The notes under the pieces are model-generated. The model worked only from the letters and a program-made list of their open reading frames with translations. It ran no database searches and was not told where the DNA came from. A DNA stretch of 64,000 nt from Longilinea sp. GTDB lineage: Bacteria > Chloroflexota > Anaerolineae > Anaerolineales > Anaerolineaceae. Below are positions 1-9,645 of this stretch, piece by piece. Location: positions 603 through 64,602 of the forward strand of contig JBDHWQ010000023.1 in NCBI GenBank assembly GCA_039810245.1, in the 5' to 3' direction. Each line of letters opens with the position of its first letter. Position 1 is the first letter of the stretch. A program made the translations under genes and the position numbers.

Positions 1-762
1 CGGGATCGAGTTAATCTGGGGAACCGGGCTGGGCGGAGCCTGTCCGGAAGGTTATCAACCATTGACAATGGCAAAAGGGAACTTGTCGGCGTGTCATAGT
101 CAAAGGGACGATGGGACAGATTTGTGGAGTTTGGAAGCCCAAACTTTAGGAAATACCGGCTTCGGAGGCTTTGCATATACAAACGACACAACAGAGAAAA
201 GCCGGGCTTTGGTTCTTCAAGTGGTTTCGACTCTCAGTTTCCCATGAGGCCCGTTTCAGACAACCCCAGGAACAAGACTGAATAGCCAGGTTGTACTGCC
301 GCCCAACGAGGCGTGCGGCCTTCCACCCGTCTGGATTGCCTGTACCTTTTAGGGCGCAAGTTGCGCGAGGACGGCAACCAGGCGGGGATTCTGGCGTAAG
401 GGTAAAATCCTCAAAGAGGATACTTCTCTTTTCCTCAACATTCCCACCGGAACATCCAGTGGGTCTTAGGAAAGTCGATTTCAAGCCCGCGAATCTCGTT
501 TCGCATGCGCGCGTTTTCGGCGCCGATCTGCACCACATCGGCATATTCGAACCCGCCCGCACGATGTCGTATAGCTCGCAAAAGAGCAGGGTGGTCGCGC
601 CCGGGCCGCGAAAGCGCGGCAGGACGCCTATCCCGTCGGCGTTGAGGCATTTTGCACGCCGCAACTCGGCGAGCAAATCGGCTCAGCCCAACAGAGCATT
701 TTTCAACAGGACGCTATGATGAATTCCACTGATATCACGTTCACTCTTCTTATTCATAGAGG

Positions 763-3171
763 TTAGCGAAGGAGTTCTTCTGCATTTCGGATTGCATCAA
801 TCTTATCCCAGTTTTGTCCTTTGCTATAGGCTGACTGCCAGGCGTCGGCAGACAGCGCCTGGCGGGCCAATTTCATCCTCTGCTGATTTACGGTTTGATA
901 ATAAACTCCCAGAGGCAAACCTGACCGCTCGCTCAATTTTTCGATAGCGCCATAAATGCTTGCAGCCAGCTCGGCATCTCCACCGTGCGACAGAACCAGA
1001 TAACCTGAAAGCGCGCAAAGAAAGATGATTAATCTACGGATATGACTTTGAGCAGGGTTCAACGCCTCGCGAAGCCAATATCGTGCTTTGCCCTTATCAT
1101 CCATTGCCAGCGCTATTTCAGCGAGGTTCGTTCTGACCATGGCGACAAAAATTGCGTCATCCGAATCCAAATGGGTTAACGCCTGGTGACAGAATATTTC
1201 GGCCTGTGGTAATCTCCCTTCAAAGAGCGCAATTTCTCCCAACTGTGCCAGGGGAGAGCCAGGATTAAGAGGCGACCCATCATGTTGAGCATACTCCAGG
1301 GCCTCACTCAAAGCTGCTTTTGCTTCTACGAATTTATTTTGCTCGATCAAGATGCGTCCAAGGCGGTTTCGATACATTGCATAGCTGCTTAGGAACCCAC
1401 CTGCTTTTGCCATCTCACCCTGCTGCTGCAAATATCGTTGAGCTGCGTCGAAATTATGCTGCTGCCAGGCAAGATCACTGCTGATTTGGAGCAGGCGCAT
1501 TTGATCCTCTATTACCAAGCCGCCGCTGAGACGGAAAAGCTGCCGGCAATAATCCAATCCTTCTCTTAAGTATCCCAATGAAAACCAATAGCTTTCAAGT
1601 TGTATGACCAGGTCGAAGGCGAGAGTGGTTCTTCCGGCGTTAATTGCCCAAATGAGCGCACTATGCAGATTTGGCAGTTGATGGGAGATGTAAGCCTCTT
1701 GCGAAGCGAGCGAAGACGACTGTCGAATTTTCTTAATCTTTTCATCAAAATATTGAGCGCGAATCATTTCAGTCGCGTCAGATTGCGATAGCTTCGAATA
1801 TGCATGATCGCGGATTAGCTCGGGCATACGCCAGTGCGTGCGTTGCGCAAAACTTTCACGAACTAGAAGAGAATGTTGTGTCAACAAATCAAGATACTTC
1901 ATGGCCTCGGAAGAACCTGTCTCACATACAGTGGAAGCGGCTTCCGCATCGAACCAGCTCGATAATACACTCAACCGTGCGTAAAAGTTTTGAGTGTCTT
2001 CACTTAAGAGGTTAAAGCTCCATTCGATTACGTTCTCAAGCGTACGTTGGCGCTCAGGTAGGTCTCGGTCGGGAGATCCCACTTGCCCGGTCCATTCACG
2101 ATCATGTAACAGCGCGACGATCTCCTCCAGCTTTTTTTGCCGTAACGTGGCTGCTGCCAGTTCGATTGCCAGAGGAATGCCATCGAGGATTGAACATAAT
2201 TCGCTGACGGCGCTTGCATTTTCAGCGGTGATGGAAAAATGAGTTTGGTGAAGGCGGGCGCGTGCCACGAACAATTGGATGGATTCATAACGAAGTAAAT
2301 CAGCCCCATCGTTGGTTAAGATGCGTGGGGGTGTCGTGAGTGGTGGAAGCCGGTATTCATACTCGCCGTAAATACTTAATGGCAGCCTGCTGGTAACGAG
2401 CGTTTTCAATCGCGGACAGGTTTTGAGCAGCTGAGACACCTGCATCGCTGCGCCTTCGAGGATCTGTTCAAAATTATCAAGGATTAGCAGGATTTGATGG
2501 TTTTTAAGTCCTTGAGCCAATTGGACAATGTCCGGTGAAGGCGGCAAACCCAACCCGGATACTACTCTGGCAACTGTCGGGGCAAAGAACTGAGGATTGC
2601 GGACTTCCGATAAATCTACGAACCAGACCCCATCCCGAAATTTGCCAAGTAGATCGTTACCGCAAAAGATGCTTAAACGGGTCTTGCCAATGCCTGGGGG
2701 TCCGATGATGGTAACAAGGCGGGTGCTATTGTCATTGAGTAAACCTGTAATGGCTGCGTGATCCTGGACCCGGTCGATTATTGAGGTGAGCAGTGCCGGC
2801 AGGTTATTCGGCGAGGCGAGGGGATCAACACTGCGAAATGACCAGATCTCCAGTGAAGAACCACGAGCAAATTTTAAAAAAGGTTGAAGCTCATCGGGTG
2901 ACACAAAGAGCGCACTGGCCAACAATTCGGCTAACTGGCGTGACGGCTTACGCTCATCCGCCTCAATCTTGCGAATGGTAGCTTCTGAGCAAGATGCGCG
3001 TTTTCCAAGTTCCGCCTGAGTCAAGTCAAGCTGGCGCCGGCGGGAACGTACCCATGATCCGAATGAGGAATAAGCGCTGTGGTGGTTCATGTTGTCACGG
3101 TTTTTGTCACGCCCGGAGTGACCCATTGCAGAAGGTGAATCCGTATGATCGAGAATAACGGATAGGTTCAT
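763..3171 (-). CDS. XRE-type HTH / NB-ARC-like P-loop STAND NTPase / TPR-repeat regulator (802 aa)
   Basis: The N-terminus has an HTH ('LDLTQAELGKRASCSEATIRKIEADER'). Walker A is 'GPPGIGKTRL' and a Walker B-like stretch is 'ILLILDNFEQ'. The C-terminal half is helical-repeat, TPR-like. The gene is visibly lower in GC (~50%) than most of the window. Confidence 0.8.
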   Translation of the reverse strand: MNLSVILDHTDSPSAMGHSGRDKNRDNMNHHSAYSSFGSWVRSRRRQLDLTQAELGKRASCSEATIRKIEADERKPSRQLAELLASALFVSPDELQPFLKFARGSSLEIWSFRSVDPLASPNNLPALLTSIIDRVQDHAAITGLLNDNSTRLVTIIGPPGIGKTRLSIFCGNDLLGKFRDGVWFVDLSEVRNPQFFAPTVARVVSGLGLPPSPDIVQLAQGLKNHQILLILDNFEQILEGAAMQVSQLLKTCPRLKTLVTSRLPLSIYGEYEYRLPPLTTPPRILTNDGADLLRYESIQLFVARARLHQTHFSITAENASAVSELCSILDGIPLAIELAAATLRQKKLEEIVALLHDREWTGQVGSPDRDLPERQRTLENVIEWSFNLLSEDTQNFYARLSVLSSWFDAEAASTVCETGSSEAMKYLDLLTQHSLLVRESFAQRTHWRMPELIRDHAYSKLSQSDATEMIRAQYFDEKIKKIRQSSSLASQEAYISHQLPNLHSALIWAINAGRTTLAFDLVIQLESYWFSLGYLREGLDYCRQLFRLSGGLVIEDQMRLLQISSDLAWQQHNFDAAQRYLQQQGEMAKAGGFLSSYAMYRNRLGRILIEQNKFVEAKAALSEALEYAQHDGSPLNPGSPLAQLGEIALFEGRLPQAEIFCHQALTHLDSDDAIFVAMVRTNLAEIALAMDDKGKARYWLREALNPAQSHIRRLIIFLCALSGYLVLSHGGDAELAASIYGAIEKLSERSGLPLGVYYQTVNQQRMKLARQALSADAWQSAYSKGQNWDKIDAIRNAEELLR

Positions 3172-3338
3172 TATAAGGCAACCACTTCACGCTGTGGCAC
3201 GCCTGTCGTTATTTTTTTGCCTGATCTTAGCTGCCTGACAGAGCCTGACCTGCGTGCGTTAAACCGTTTCATCGATACAGCGGTGGTAGACGCGATGGAA
3301 CAAAATGAGACTGGTTTTAGCCAGGAAGGAGAAATATC

Positions 3339-4094
3339 ATGGCTGGAAAATTGATCATACTTGTCATTGTTCTGCTGCTGGCTGCCGGCTGCATCCCACA
3401 GGCGCCTGCCACACCGATAACGCTAACTACGCCGGCAGCGACGCCAACCGTGGAAATGCCGGTGGTAGAAGTAAAAACAGCCGAAGCGACATTCACACCG
3501 GCGCCGACCCCGGCCACCGGGTTCGACAGTAACGAATGCGACAACCCGTTTTATCCGGTCAGTGACGAGGCAACCTGGACGTATGCCATTGCTGCCGGGG
3601 GTAATGCGGAATACATAATGAGTGTGGACGAAAAAGGGGCTTTTACACTCAACATTCAGGGGGATGAAAGCACGTTTACCATCGACGGCGATTGCACGAA
3701 TGAGGGGATCGTGCTCATGAACACCGCTGGCGCAGAGACAACTGTTTCCAGTTCGGATGGAAGCGCGGTCGTCTCGACCATCGATGTAAAAGGCGTCACG
3801 CTGCCGAAGGATATCAAAATAAATGACCAGTGGTCGCAGACGATCAATGTAACTACCGAGGGCAATAAATCTGAGATCTTTACACAGTATACAGCGTTGG
3901 GGTTTGAGAATATCACCGTGCCGGCAGGTAACTTTTACGCGCTCAAAATAGAGCAGTCCGGTTATGTGGAGATCTTCGGGCAGAAGGTGAATATGCACGG
4001 CTATCAATGGTTCGCAGAAGGCGTTGGGACGGTCAAATCTGAGATGGATGGAACGCCCGCAATCGAACTGGTTACGTATGATATTCCGGATTAG
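3339..4094 (+). CDS. secreted lipoprotein, unknown function
   Basis: Signal peptide with lipobox 'LLAAGC', followed by a Thr/Pro-rich linker. No other motif recognised. Confidence 0.6.
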   Translation: MAGKLIILVIVLLLAAGCIPQAPATPITLTTPAATPTVEMPVVEVKTAEATFTPAPTPATGFDSNECDNPFYPVSDEATWTYAIAAGGNAEYIMSVDEKGAFTLNIQGDESTFTIDGDCTNEGIVLMNTAGAETTVSSSDGSAVVSTIDVKGVTLPKDIKINDQWSQTINVTTEGNKSEIFTQYTALGFENITVPAGNFYALKIEQSGYVEIFGQKVNMHGYQWFAEGVGTVKSEMDGTPAIELVTYDIPD

Positions 4095-4107
4095 AGAGGT
4101 GAAAAAA

Positions 4108-4731
4108 ATGAGAAGTATTTTCGAACGATGGATGGCGGTACTCACATTGGTGCTGGTTGTCGGCGTATCGGCTTGCGCGCCCAAAGCAAGCGAAGTTTCT
4201 CCGGCTAAGGATTTGGCGGCGCAGCCGGCGGTTGCCACCATGCAAGAGCCAACTTCATCAACCCCAATAACAAAAAAAGCGGCAAATGCTACCATCTCCT
4301 GTGATCAACTGATCCCGCCTGATGAAGTCCGCACGCTGATGACCGGGCTTTCTCCTCAATTGACCGAGCAGCGCTCACAAGAAAAGACCACATGCATCTG
4401 GCAATATGCTTCGAAGGTCAGCGGACAGGCAGCCGAGTTTCAGTTGGAAGCCGGATTCGGCGCATCGGTGGTGGCGGACTGGACAACCGAACGCAAATCG
4501 GAGCTGGCTGGACAGCCGCCTGACCTCAATGTTATCAGCATAGATGGGTTGGGAGATGAGAATTACACCTGGATTGCAAACCCGGAAAAACAGCAGGTTG
4601 TTTATGTTCGCCGTGGTTCACAAACACTGGTCATGCACTATCAGGCCACAGATATCCTGTTTATGGGCACTGAGTCGGGCATCATCGACATGGCAGACCG
4701 AATTTTTAGCAGGTTGAATCCTGAAGGATAA
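4108..4731 (+). CDS. secreted lipoprotein, unknown function
   Basis: Track ORF 4024-4731 trimmed to the ATG at 4108, which follows 'AGAGAGG'. The N-terminus 'MRSIFERWMAVLTLVLVVGVSAC' is a signal peptide with a lipobox. Confidence 0.6.
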   Translation: MRSIFERWMAVLTLVLVVGVSACAPKASEVSPAKDLAAQPAVATMQEPTSSTPITKKAANATISCDQLIPPDEVRTLMTGLSPQLTEQRSQEKTTCIWQYASKVSGQAAEFQLEAGFGASVVADWTTERKSELAGQPPDLNVISIDGLGDENYTWIANPEKQQVVYVRRGSQTLVMHYQATDILFMGTESGIIDMADRIFSRLNPEG

Positions 4732-4899
4732 TCATGTATGTAGGGGTGATGCTTTACCCGCCAGGTGATCTGGGCATCGAATGGCATTCGGGAATACGCG
4801 ATTGCAAGACTGCGCTATGATGGTATTGTAGTTCCACCCGGGAACTACCACCAGGTTTCTTTCTAGAAACTATTCTGCCCACAGGCAGCAAAAACCGGG

Positions 4900-5457
4900 G
4901 TGCGCATGGCTGCATGGATCGCTTTCGCTGTGCTTTCTGGCGTGCTGGTCGTCATATCCCGCGCGTCGCTGCGCGTGCCGGGCTCGCACGGCTTCTACCG
5001 TTTCTTCGCCTGGGAGTGTATCCTTGCGCTGATCATGCTTAATATCCAGGCATGGTTTTGCGCGCCGCTGGCCTGGAACCAGTTGATTTCCTGGCTGCTC
5101 TTGCTCGCCAGCCTCGCGCCACTGTATTTTGGGGTACGCATGTTAAGCGCGCAGGGTAAGCCGGCGACGCGGCGAGCGTCAGAGCCGCAACTGTACGCGT
5201 TCGAGAAGACCACTGCCCTGGTGACCACCGGCATCTACCGCTACATCCGCCACCCGCTATACAGCTCGCTGCTTCTGCTGGCATGGGGCGTGTTCTTCAA
5301 AGCGCCCGGCCTTCCGGGCGGGGCATTGGCGCTTACCGCGACGCTGCTGCTGTATGCCACAGCCAGGGCAGACGAGGCGGAATGCCTGCGCTTCTTTGGC
5401 GCAGCGTACCAGGACTATATGCTCCGCAGCAAGCGCTTCTTGCCGTTCGTGTTTTGA
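4900..5457 (+). CDS. isoprenylcysteine carboxyl / phospholipid methyltransferase (ICMT/PEMT)-family membrane protein
   Basis: GTG start. Multi-pass hydrophobic protein with the family-typical C-terminal block 'GIYRYIRHPLYSSLLLLAWG'. Confidence 0.7.
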   Translation: MRMAAWIAFAVLSGVLVVISRASLRVPGSHGFYRFFAWECILALIMLNIQAWFCAPLAWNQLISWLLLLASLAPLYFGVRMLSAQGKPATRRASEPQLYAFEKTTALVTTGIYRYIRHPLYSSLLLLAWGVFFKAPGLPGGALALTATLLLYATARADEAECLRFFGAAYQDYMLRSKRFLPFVF

Positions 5458-5583
5458 GGATCAGGCGCGGGCTGCGGCGGGACGGCGACGGCCTGGTATG
5501 CGGGTGTATCCCCATCGAGGGGATAGCGCGGGTATAGGTTGCGGCCTTCGGGATCTGATGAATTCTTGCTGGCTTTGAAAACC

Positions 5584-6318
5584 CTAGCTGCTCCCTGCCA
5601 TCCTTTTCGATTTTGCCTGCGCGGCAGCCCGGCTGATCAGAACCCTGTACACCGTCAAAAACAACAGGCTCGCGCCGCTGAACCAATACAGGTAATAGGA
5701 CCAGGCTGTGCCAGTGTCGGTACCACTCATTAATCCGTGAATCAACGCGCCAAGAAAACAGGCATAACTGACAAAATGGATCAGCCGCCAGGCTTTCTTC
5801 CCGATGCGCTTGCGCACATAAAAACTGAGATTGACGATAACCCAGGCGTAAAAAACCAGTTGGCCGATCCCTACCCAGATTGGGCGGTAATTCTGCCCGA
5901 GAAAGGGTACTAACACTTGCGCGACCGTATATTCCATATACCGGTCACCGGTCAGGATCAGGGCATGGAATAGGGCCAAACCCGTCCCGAACAGGCCGGT
6001 ATACTGGTGGATTTCATAGGCCGGTGGGATACCTGGCCAGATTTGTGCCATCTTGTTGGTGATGGTTACCCCCATAGCCATCGAAAGCCACAGCACCCAG
6101 TAGGCTGCGAAGGCGCTGCCGCGAGATAGGAACCAGTAAACCTTCGGTTGGCTCCCGGCGGTGGAAAACGCTAGCCCCGGCAGCCATAACGGCATGGTGT
6201 TGATGGCAAATAGAACCGCGGCCAGTACCACCAGAACCATCAGGAGGAGATCCTGCGACGGCATCACCTCAGGCATTTGCTCATGAATTTCTTCAGCAGG
6301 CGAGGATTTAATCGACAT
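5584..6318 (-). CDS. ferric-reductase-like (YedZ/MsrQ-type) transmembrane di-heme protein
   Basis: Track ORF 5584-6390 trimmed to the ATG at 6318 ('MSIKSS'). Six hydrophobic helices with conserved His residues ('FHALILTGD', 'LIHFVSYACFLGALIHG'). Last gene of the ApbE operon. The start is uncertain. Confidence 0.55.
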   Translation of the reverse strand: MSIKSSPAEEIHEQMPEVMPSQDLLLMVLVVLAAVLFAINTMPLWLPGLAFSTAGSQPKVYWFLSRGSAFAAYWVLWLSMAMGVTITNKMAQIWPGIPPAYEIHQYTGLFGTGLALFHALILTGDRYMEYTVAQVLVPFLGQNYRPIWVGIGQLVFYAWVIVNLSFYVRKRIGKKAWRLIHFVSYACFLGALIHGLMSGTDTGTAWSYYLYWFSGASLLFLTVYRVLISRAAAQAKSKRMAGSS

Positions 6319-7264
6319 TTTTACCCCATAATTCATTTTCGAAGCCCTGGCTGTAAAAGACCCGGCCATCCTGCAAGGCCAGCAGCCCACAAATCTGCGC
6401 CTGGCTTTCCAGCCAGGTCAGCCCATCGCGGCTGCCTAAGATTAAAACCGCTTTCGCGGCTGCTTCGGCTCGCAGCGCATCCGGCGCTATGATGGTCACG
6501 CTCATGAGGTCGGTTTGAGCTGGTTCGCCGCTGCGCGGATCGATGATATGGTGCTGCCAGGAGTTGTTACGACGCCAGCGCCGGTAATCGATCCCAGAGG
6601 TGGCCACACCGCACGCTCGCAGCGCCAGCTTTCCCAGTGACTCCTGCATTTCCAGCGGGTCGGCAATGGCTACCGGCCAGGGGCTGCCATCCGCCCGGCT
6701 GCCGCTGACTGCGATATCGCCCCCGGCGTCCACCAGAGCCGGGCCGAATGCGCTCAGCCGCCGCGCGGCCTGCCAGGCAGCCCAGCCTTTGCCTACCCCG
6801 CCCAGGTCGAGCCGGACACCTTCCGGCAGCCGAACGGCTTGGCGCTTTTCATCGAGTGCGATATCTCGCCAGGCATGTGGAAAAACCGGTAGCCGCTCCC
6901 ATGTATCAGGTGGCAGCCTGTTCTTCAGCCCGGATGGTTCGGCGCCTACAAGCTCGAAGCTGCGATCGTAGCCGGTACGCTCCAAAGCATTTAAGATACA
7001 CGGGTTCACCAGGCCGCCGGTCGAGCGGGCCGCTGCCAGCGCGCCCTGGAGCACTTCCCAAAGGATAGAGCTTACCGGATGGAATGCACCGGCAGATGCA
7101 TTGAGCTCGTTCAGCTCGCTGTCCGGCCGGAAGCGGCTGAGTACCTGCTCCCATTCTTCAAAATCGGCCGGGGTCTGAGCCAGTGCTCTGGTTGCTGGCA
7201 ATCCATCGTCGTCCAGGAAGGCCGCCATCTGGCAGCCCATGGCTCGAAATTCGATCTTCTGCAT
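6308..7264 (-). CDS. apbE: FAD:protein FMN transferase ApbE
   Basis: Motifs 'FRAMGCQM', 'SELNELNASAG', 'DLGGVGKGWAA' and 'GVATSGIDYRRW...HHIIDPRSGEP'. Its start overlaps the stop of the upstream ORF (TAATG at 7262-7266). Confidence 0.85.
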   Translation of the reverse strand: MQKIEFRAMGCQMAAFLDDDGLPATRALAQTPADFEEWEQVLSRFRPDSELNELNASAGAFHPVSSILWEVLQGALAAARSTGGLVNPCILNALERTGYDRSFELVGAEPSGLKNRLPPDTWERLPVFPHAWRDIALDEKRQAVRLPEGVRLDLGGVGKGWAAWQAARRLSAFGPALVDAGGDIAVSGSRADGSPWPVAIADPLEMQESLGKLALRACGVATSGIDYRRWRRNNSWQHHIIDPRSGEPAQTDLMSVTIIAPDALRAEAAAKAVLILGSRDGLTWLESQAQICGLLALQDGRVFYSQGFENELWGKNVD

Positions 7265-7722
7265 TATTTCGATGACCTGGTGGTGGTGACTGGTGCGGAA
7301 CTGCTGTCACCGCTCTGGCTGCTTTCTCCACCGGCGGTGATTACCGGCTGGACGATGATCGGTTTGACTTTTTGTATGATCTGCGGTGTGGGGATCGACA
7401 CCGAGCGCAGTGGGAGTGATTGCCCGGCCGGTTGCGCCTCACTTGCACTGACCGGGAGCTGGTTGGCCTGATCTTCATTCAGGCTGATTAACGGCACCAG
7501 GGTGGGCAGCGGCGGAAAACCTTGTGCCACATTGGCTGGTTGCTGGGGTGGCAGGCTCAGTACGGCAGCCGGGGCTGCTTTTTCTGCCTGGTAGATATCC
7601 TGAGAATACAGGTTCCAACAACCAATAATGAGTGCCGCACTCAGCGCCCCAATGAATAGCTTCGTATCCAGGAACCTGGCCTGTGTGCGCTTGTTTCCCT
7701 GCGTTGGCTTATTCGGCACCAT
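7264..7722 (-). CDS. membrane-anchored Pro/Ser-rich protein, unknown function
   Basis: One N-terminal TM helix ('LFIGALSAALIIGCWNL') followed by a low-complexity Pro/Gln/Ser region. Translationally coupled to apbE. Confidence 0.45.
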   Translation of the reverse strand: MVPNKPTQGNKRTQARFLDTKLFIGALSAALIIGCWNLYSQDIYQAEKAAPAAVLSLPPQQPANVAQGFPPLPTLVPLISLNEDQANQLPVSASEAQPAGQSLPLRSVSIPTPQIIQKVKPIIVQPVITAGGESSQSGDSSSAPVTTTRSSK

Positions 7723-7733
7723 GCTGTTTTCTC

Positions 7734-8540
7734 CTAATCGTCTTCATGGTCATCATGATCTTCAGGTTCGCTCCAATGGTGGCTGCTTTCGCTGCTTGAC
7801 GTGTCACTCTGCGCTGACACCTGCCGGACAGCGCTTTGAACATTCTTCTGCACAAAGATGATCTGGCCGGTCATGTCCAGGTAAGCCATCAACCCGTCCT
7901 TAAAGATGATCCGGTACAGCGGTGCGCCCCGAAATGTAATTTGATCCACCTGAAGGATGTCTTTTTCCTTTAGATATTCCGCCGCAACCTGCGCGGCTTT
8001 GTCCGCGCTGATTTGCTGCGGAATCGTGCCATTAAACAAAACTTCAGCGCTTTGGGCATCAACGTACACGGAGCCATTGTCGAATACGATTTCATATGCA
8101 GCCTTTCCCTGGAAATTGACCAGATCGGGCTTTTTCAGCGCTACCTTGCCAGGATCTACAGCCCTGTGCGCAATTTCATTCGCCTGGTCCGCGGAGATGG
8201 CTGTGCTTGCGTCAGTTTGGGCTGCCCCCTGCTGACCTTGGAGTTGCGTTATATGCTTTTGCATCGCCTGCAAATCGGTATTCGCTTTCTCGATCTGCTG
8301 GTTGGCTTGCTGGAGCATTTGTTGATATTCAGCTTCACGCTGCTGGTACAGTAGAACTGCTTGCGCGGGGTCCATCTGGCTGACTGGCTGCGCCGCTGCT
8401 GCCAGCGCGGCAGAGTCTTGAGCGGCGGCTGGCTGGCTGACATTCTTGTTCATCAGGACGGTGGCAGTGATTCCGCCGATCACGATCAGAATCAACGCTG
8501 TGATGAAAACCGATAGCATGGTGACCTTAGACAGTTTCAT
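7734..8540 (-). CDS. PepSY-domain membrane-anchored protein
   Basis: N-terminal TM anchor, a Gln-rich coiled-coil-like region, two PepSY-like blocks ('ISADQANEIAHRAV...AAYEIVFDNGSVYVDAQSAEV' and 'ISADKAAQVAAEYL...APLYRIIFKDGLMAYLDMTGQI'), and an acidic His/Asp tail. Confidence 0.65.
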   Translation of the reverse strand: MKLSKVTMLSVFITALILIVIGGITATVLMNKNVSQPAAAQDSAALAAAAQPVSQMDPAQAVLLYQQREAEYQQMLQQANQQIEKANTDLQAMQKHITQLQGQQGAAQTDASTAISADQANEIAHRAVDPGKVALKKPDLVNFQGKAAYEIVFDNGSVYVDAQSAEVLFNGTIPQQISADKAAQVAAEYLKEKDILQVDQITFRGAPLYRIIFKDGLMAYLDMTGQIIFVQKNVQSAVRQVSAQSDTSSSESSHHWSEPEDHDDHEDD

Positions 8541-9021
8541 TTTTTAGCTCCTTGGAATACCGGTGGTGGTTTGGTGCTAAGAAGGACCCCAATACACACC
8601 AAAGGTTATTTCGGTTAATTCATACTGATTTAGTTGGATATATTGCGGAAAAGTTACGGTAGTTTATAATATTGGGCGCTGGCCCATAGCAAACCTATGG
8701 CTTTCCCAGGCTATGCAGAGTATTGCGTGGAGACCGTACCTGCAATACACTTGTCGAGATGAAGGATTGGTCCGCCGCTTTTTCTTAAGGCATGGCGCAC
8801 AATGAGCCCTATTATGGGGATTTGAATTTGAAAGCGCCGGCCTGGTAGCCCTGACGCCCTGCTTCCGGGGTTAAGTATGCCTGCCAGATCTGTCAGCAGC
8901 ACTGCGCCGCGGCAGGGCACTGGATGCTTTTTAACAAAACACGCGTAACTTTTCCGTCCTTCCCGCAACCTGATAAATAGATACGTTTTATCGGACTTTT
9001 ACCAGGCCCAGGGCGGCAAGC

Positions 9022-9645
9022 ATGCGCAATCAGCTATCCCCGGTCAGTTGTACAGGAGTAGTCAGTATTCAGATTAATCCGGCCAAAGATATCCTTACGG
9101 ATGCCTCCGATCGCCTGCTCGAACGCGCGCTTTCGCTGGACACGCAGGCTTTGGCGCGTCTCCACGACCGGTGCTACCCGGTCGTGTATCGTTACGTGCG
9201 CTACCGGTTAGAGGATGAACAGCTGGTCGAAGATATCAGCTCCGAGGTCTTTTTGCGCCTGTTGGATCATATCCACCGTCACAAAGGTGAAATTCGCGAC
9301 CTGCGCGCCTGGCTGTTGGGCACCGCCTCCAACCTGATCAACGAGCACCTGCGCCAGAAATATCGCAGGCGAACAGAAAACCTGACCGATCATGAGACCT
9401 TATCCAGTAATGAAGATGTCCATCACGCAGCCGAACAATCGGACCGCCGTAAGGCTGTCCGTCAGGCTATGCACCACTTGACGAACGAGCAGCAACACGT
9501 CCTGGCGTTGCGTTTCAGCCAGGATCTCTCCATCGAGGAAACGGCGCGTTTGATGAATAAGACCACCGGAGCGGTGAAAGTCTTGCAGTTCCGCGCATTG
9601 GCCGCCATCCGAAAAATAATTAACCGCTACGAGGGGGAAGAATGA
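9022..9645 (+). CDS. ECF-type RNA polymerase sigma-70 family factor
   Basis: Region 2 ('YPVVYRYVRYRLEDEQLVEDISSEVFLRLL') and region 4 HTH ('LSIEETARLMNKTTGAVKVLQFRAL'). Its stop overlaps the next start (ATGA at 9642-9645). Confidence 0.85.
   Translation: MRNQLSPVSCTGVVSIQINPAKDILTDASDRLLERALSLDTQALARLHDRCYPVVYRYVRYRLEDEQLVEDISSEVFLRLLDHIHRHKGEIRDLRAWLLGTASNLINEHLRQKYRRRTENLTDHETLSSNEDVHHAAEQSDRRKAVRQAMHHLTNEQQHVLALRFSQDLSIEETARLMNKTTGAVKVLQFRALAAIRKIINRYEGEE

Noticed and set aside
1-762. A possible structured RNA (a stretch 'GGTAAAATCC...CCAGTGGG' faintly resembling a cobalamin riboswitch core; I also considered tmRNA, RNase P and group II intron) or a degraded GNAT-like gene among the overlapping ORFs 146-676, 291-719 and 435-650.
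   Set aside because: I could not fold or align it to any of these RNA families by eye. The ORFs exclude one another and do not look like protein. I leave it as unexplained, apparently non-coding DNA. An Rfam scan and BLASTX would settle it.
8711-8968. An 85-aa minus-strand ORF in the spacer upstream of the ECF sigma gene. I also looked there for an ECF-type promoter (AAC...CGTC near 8930-8965).
   Set aside because: The ORF composition is poor and it has no RBS. The candidate -35/-10 spacing (~19 nt) does not fit typical ECF promoters well enough to report.
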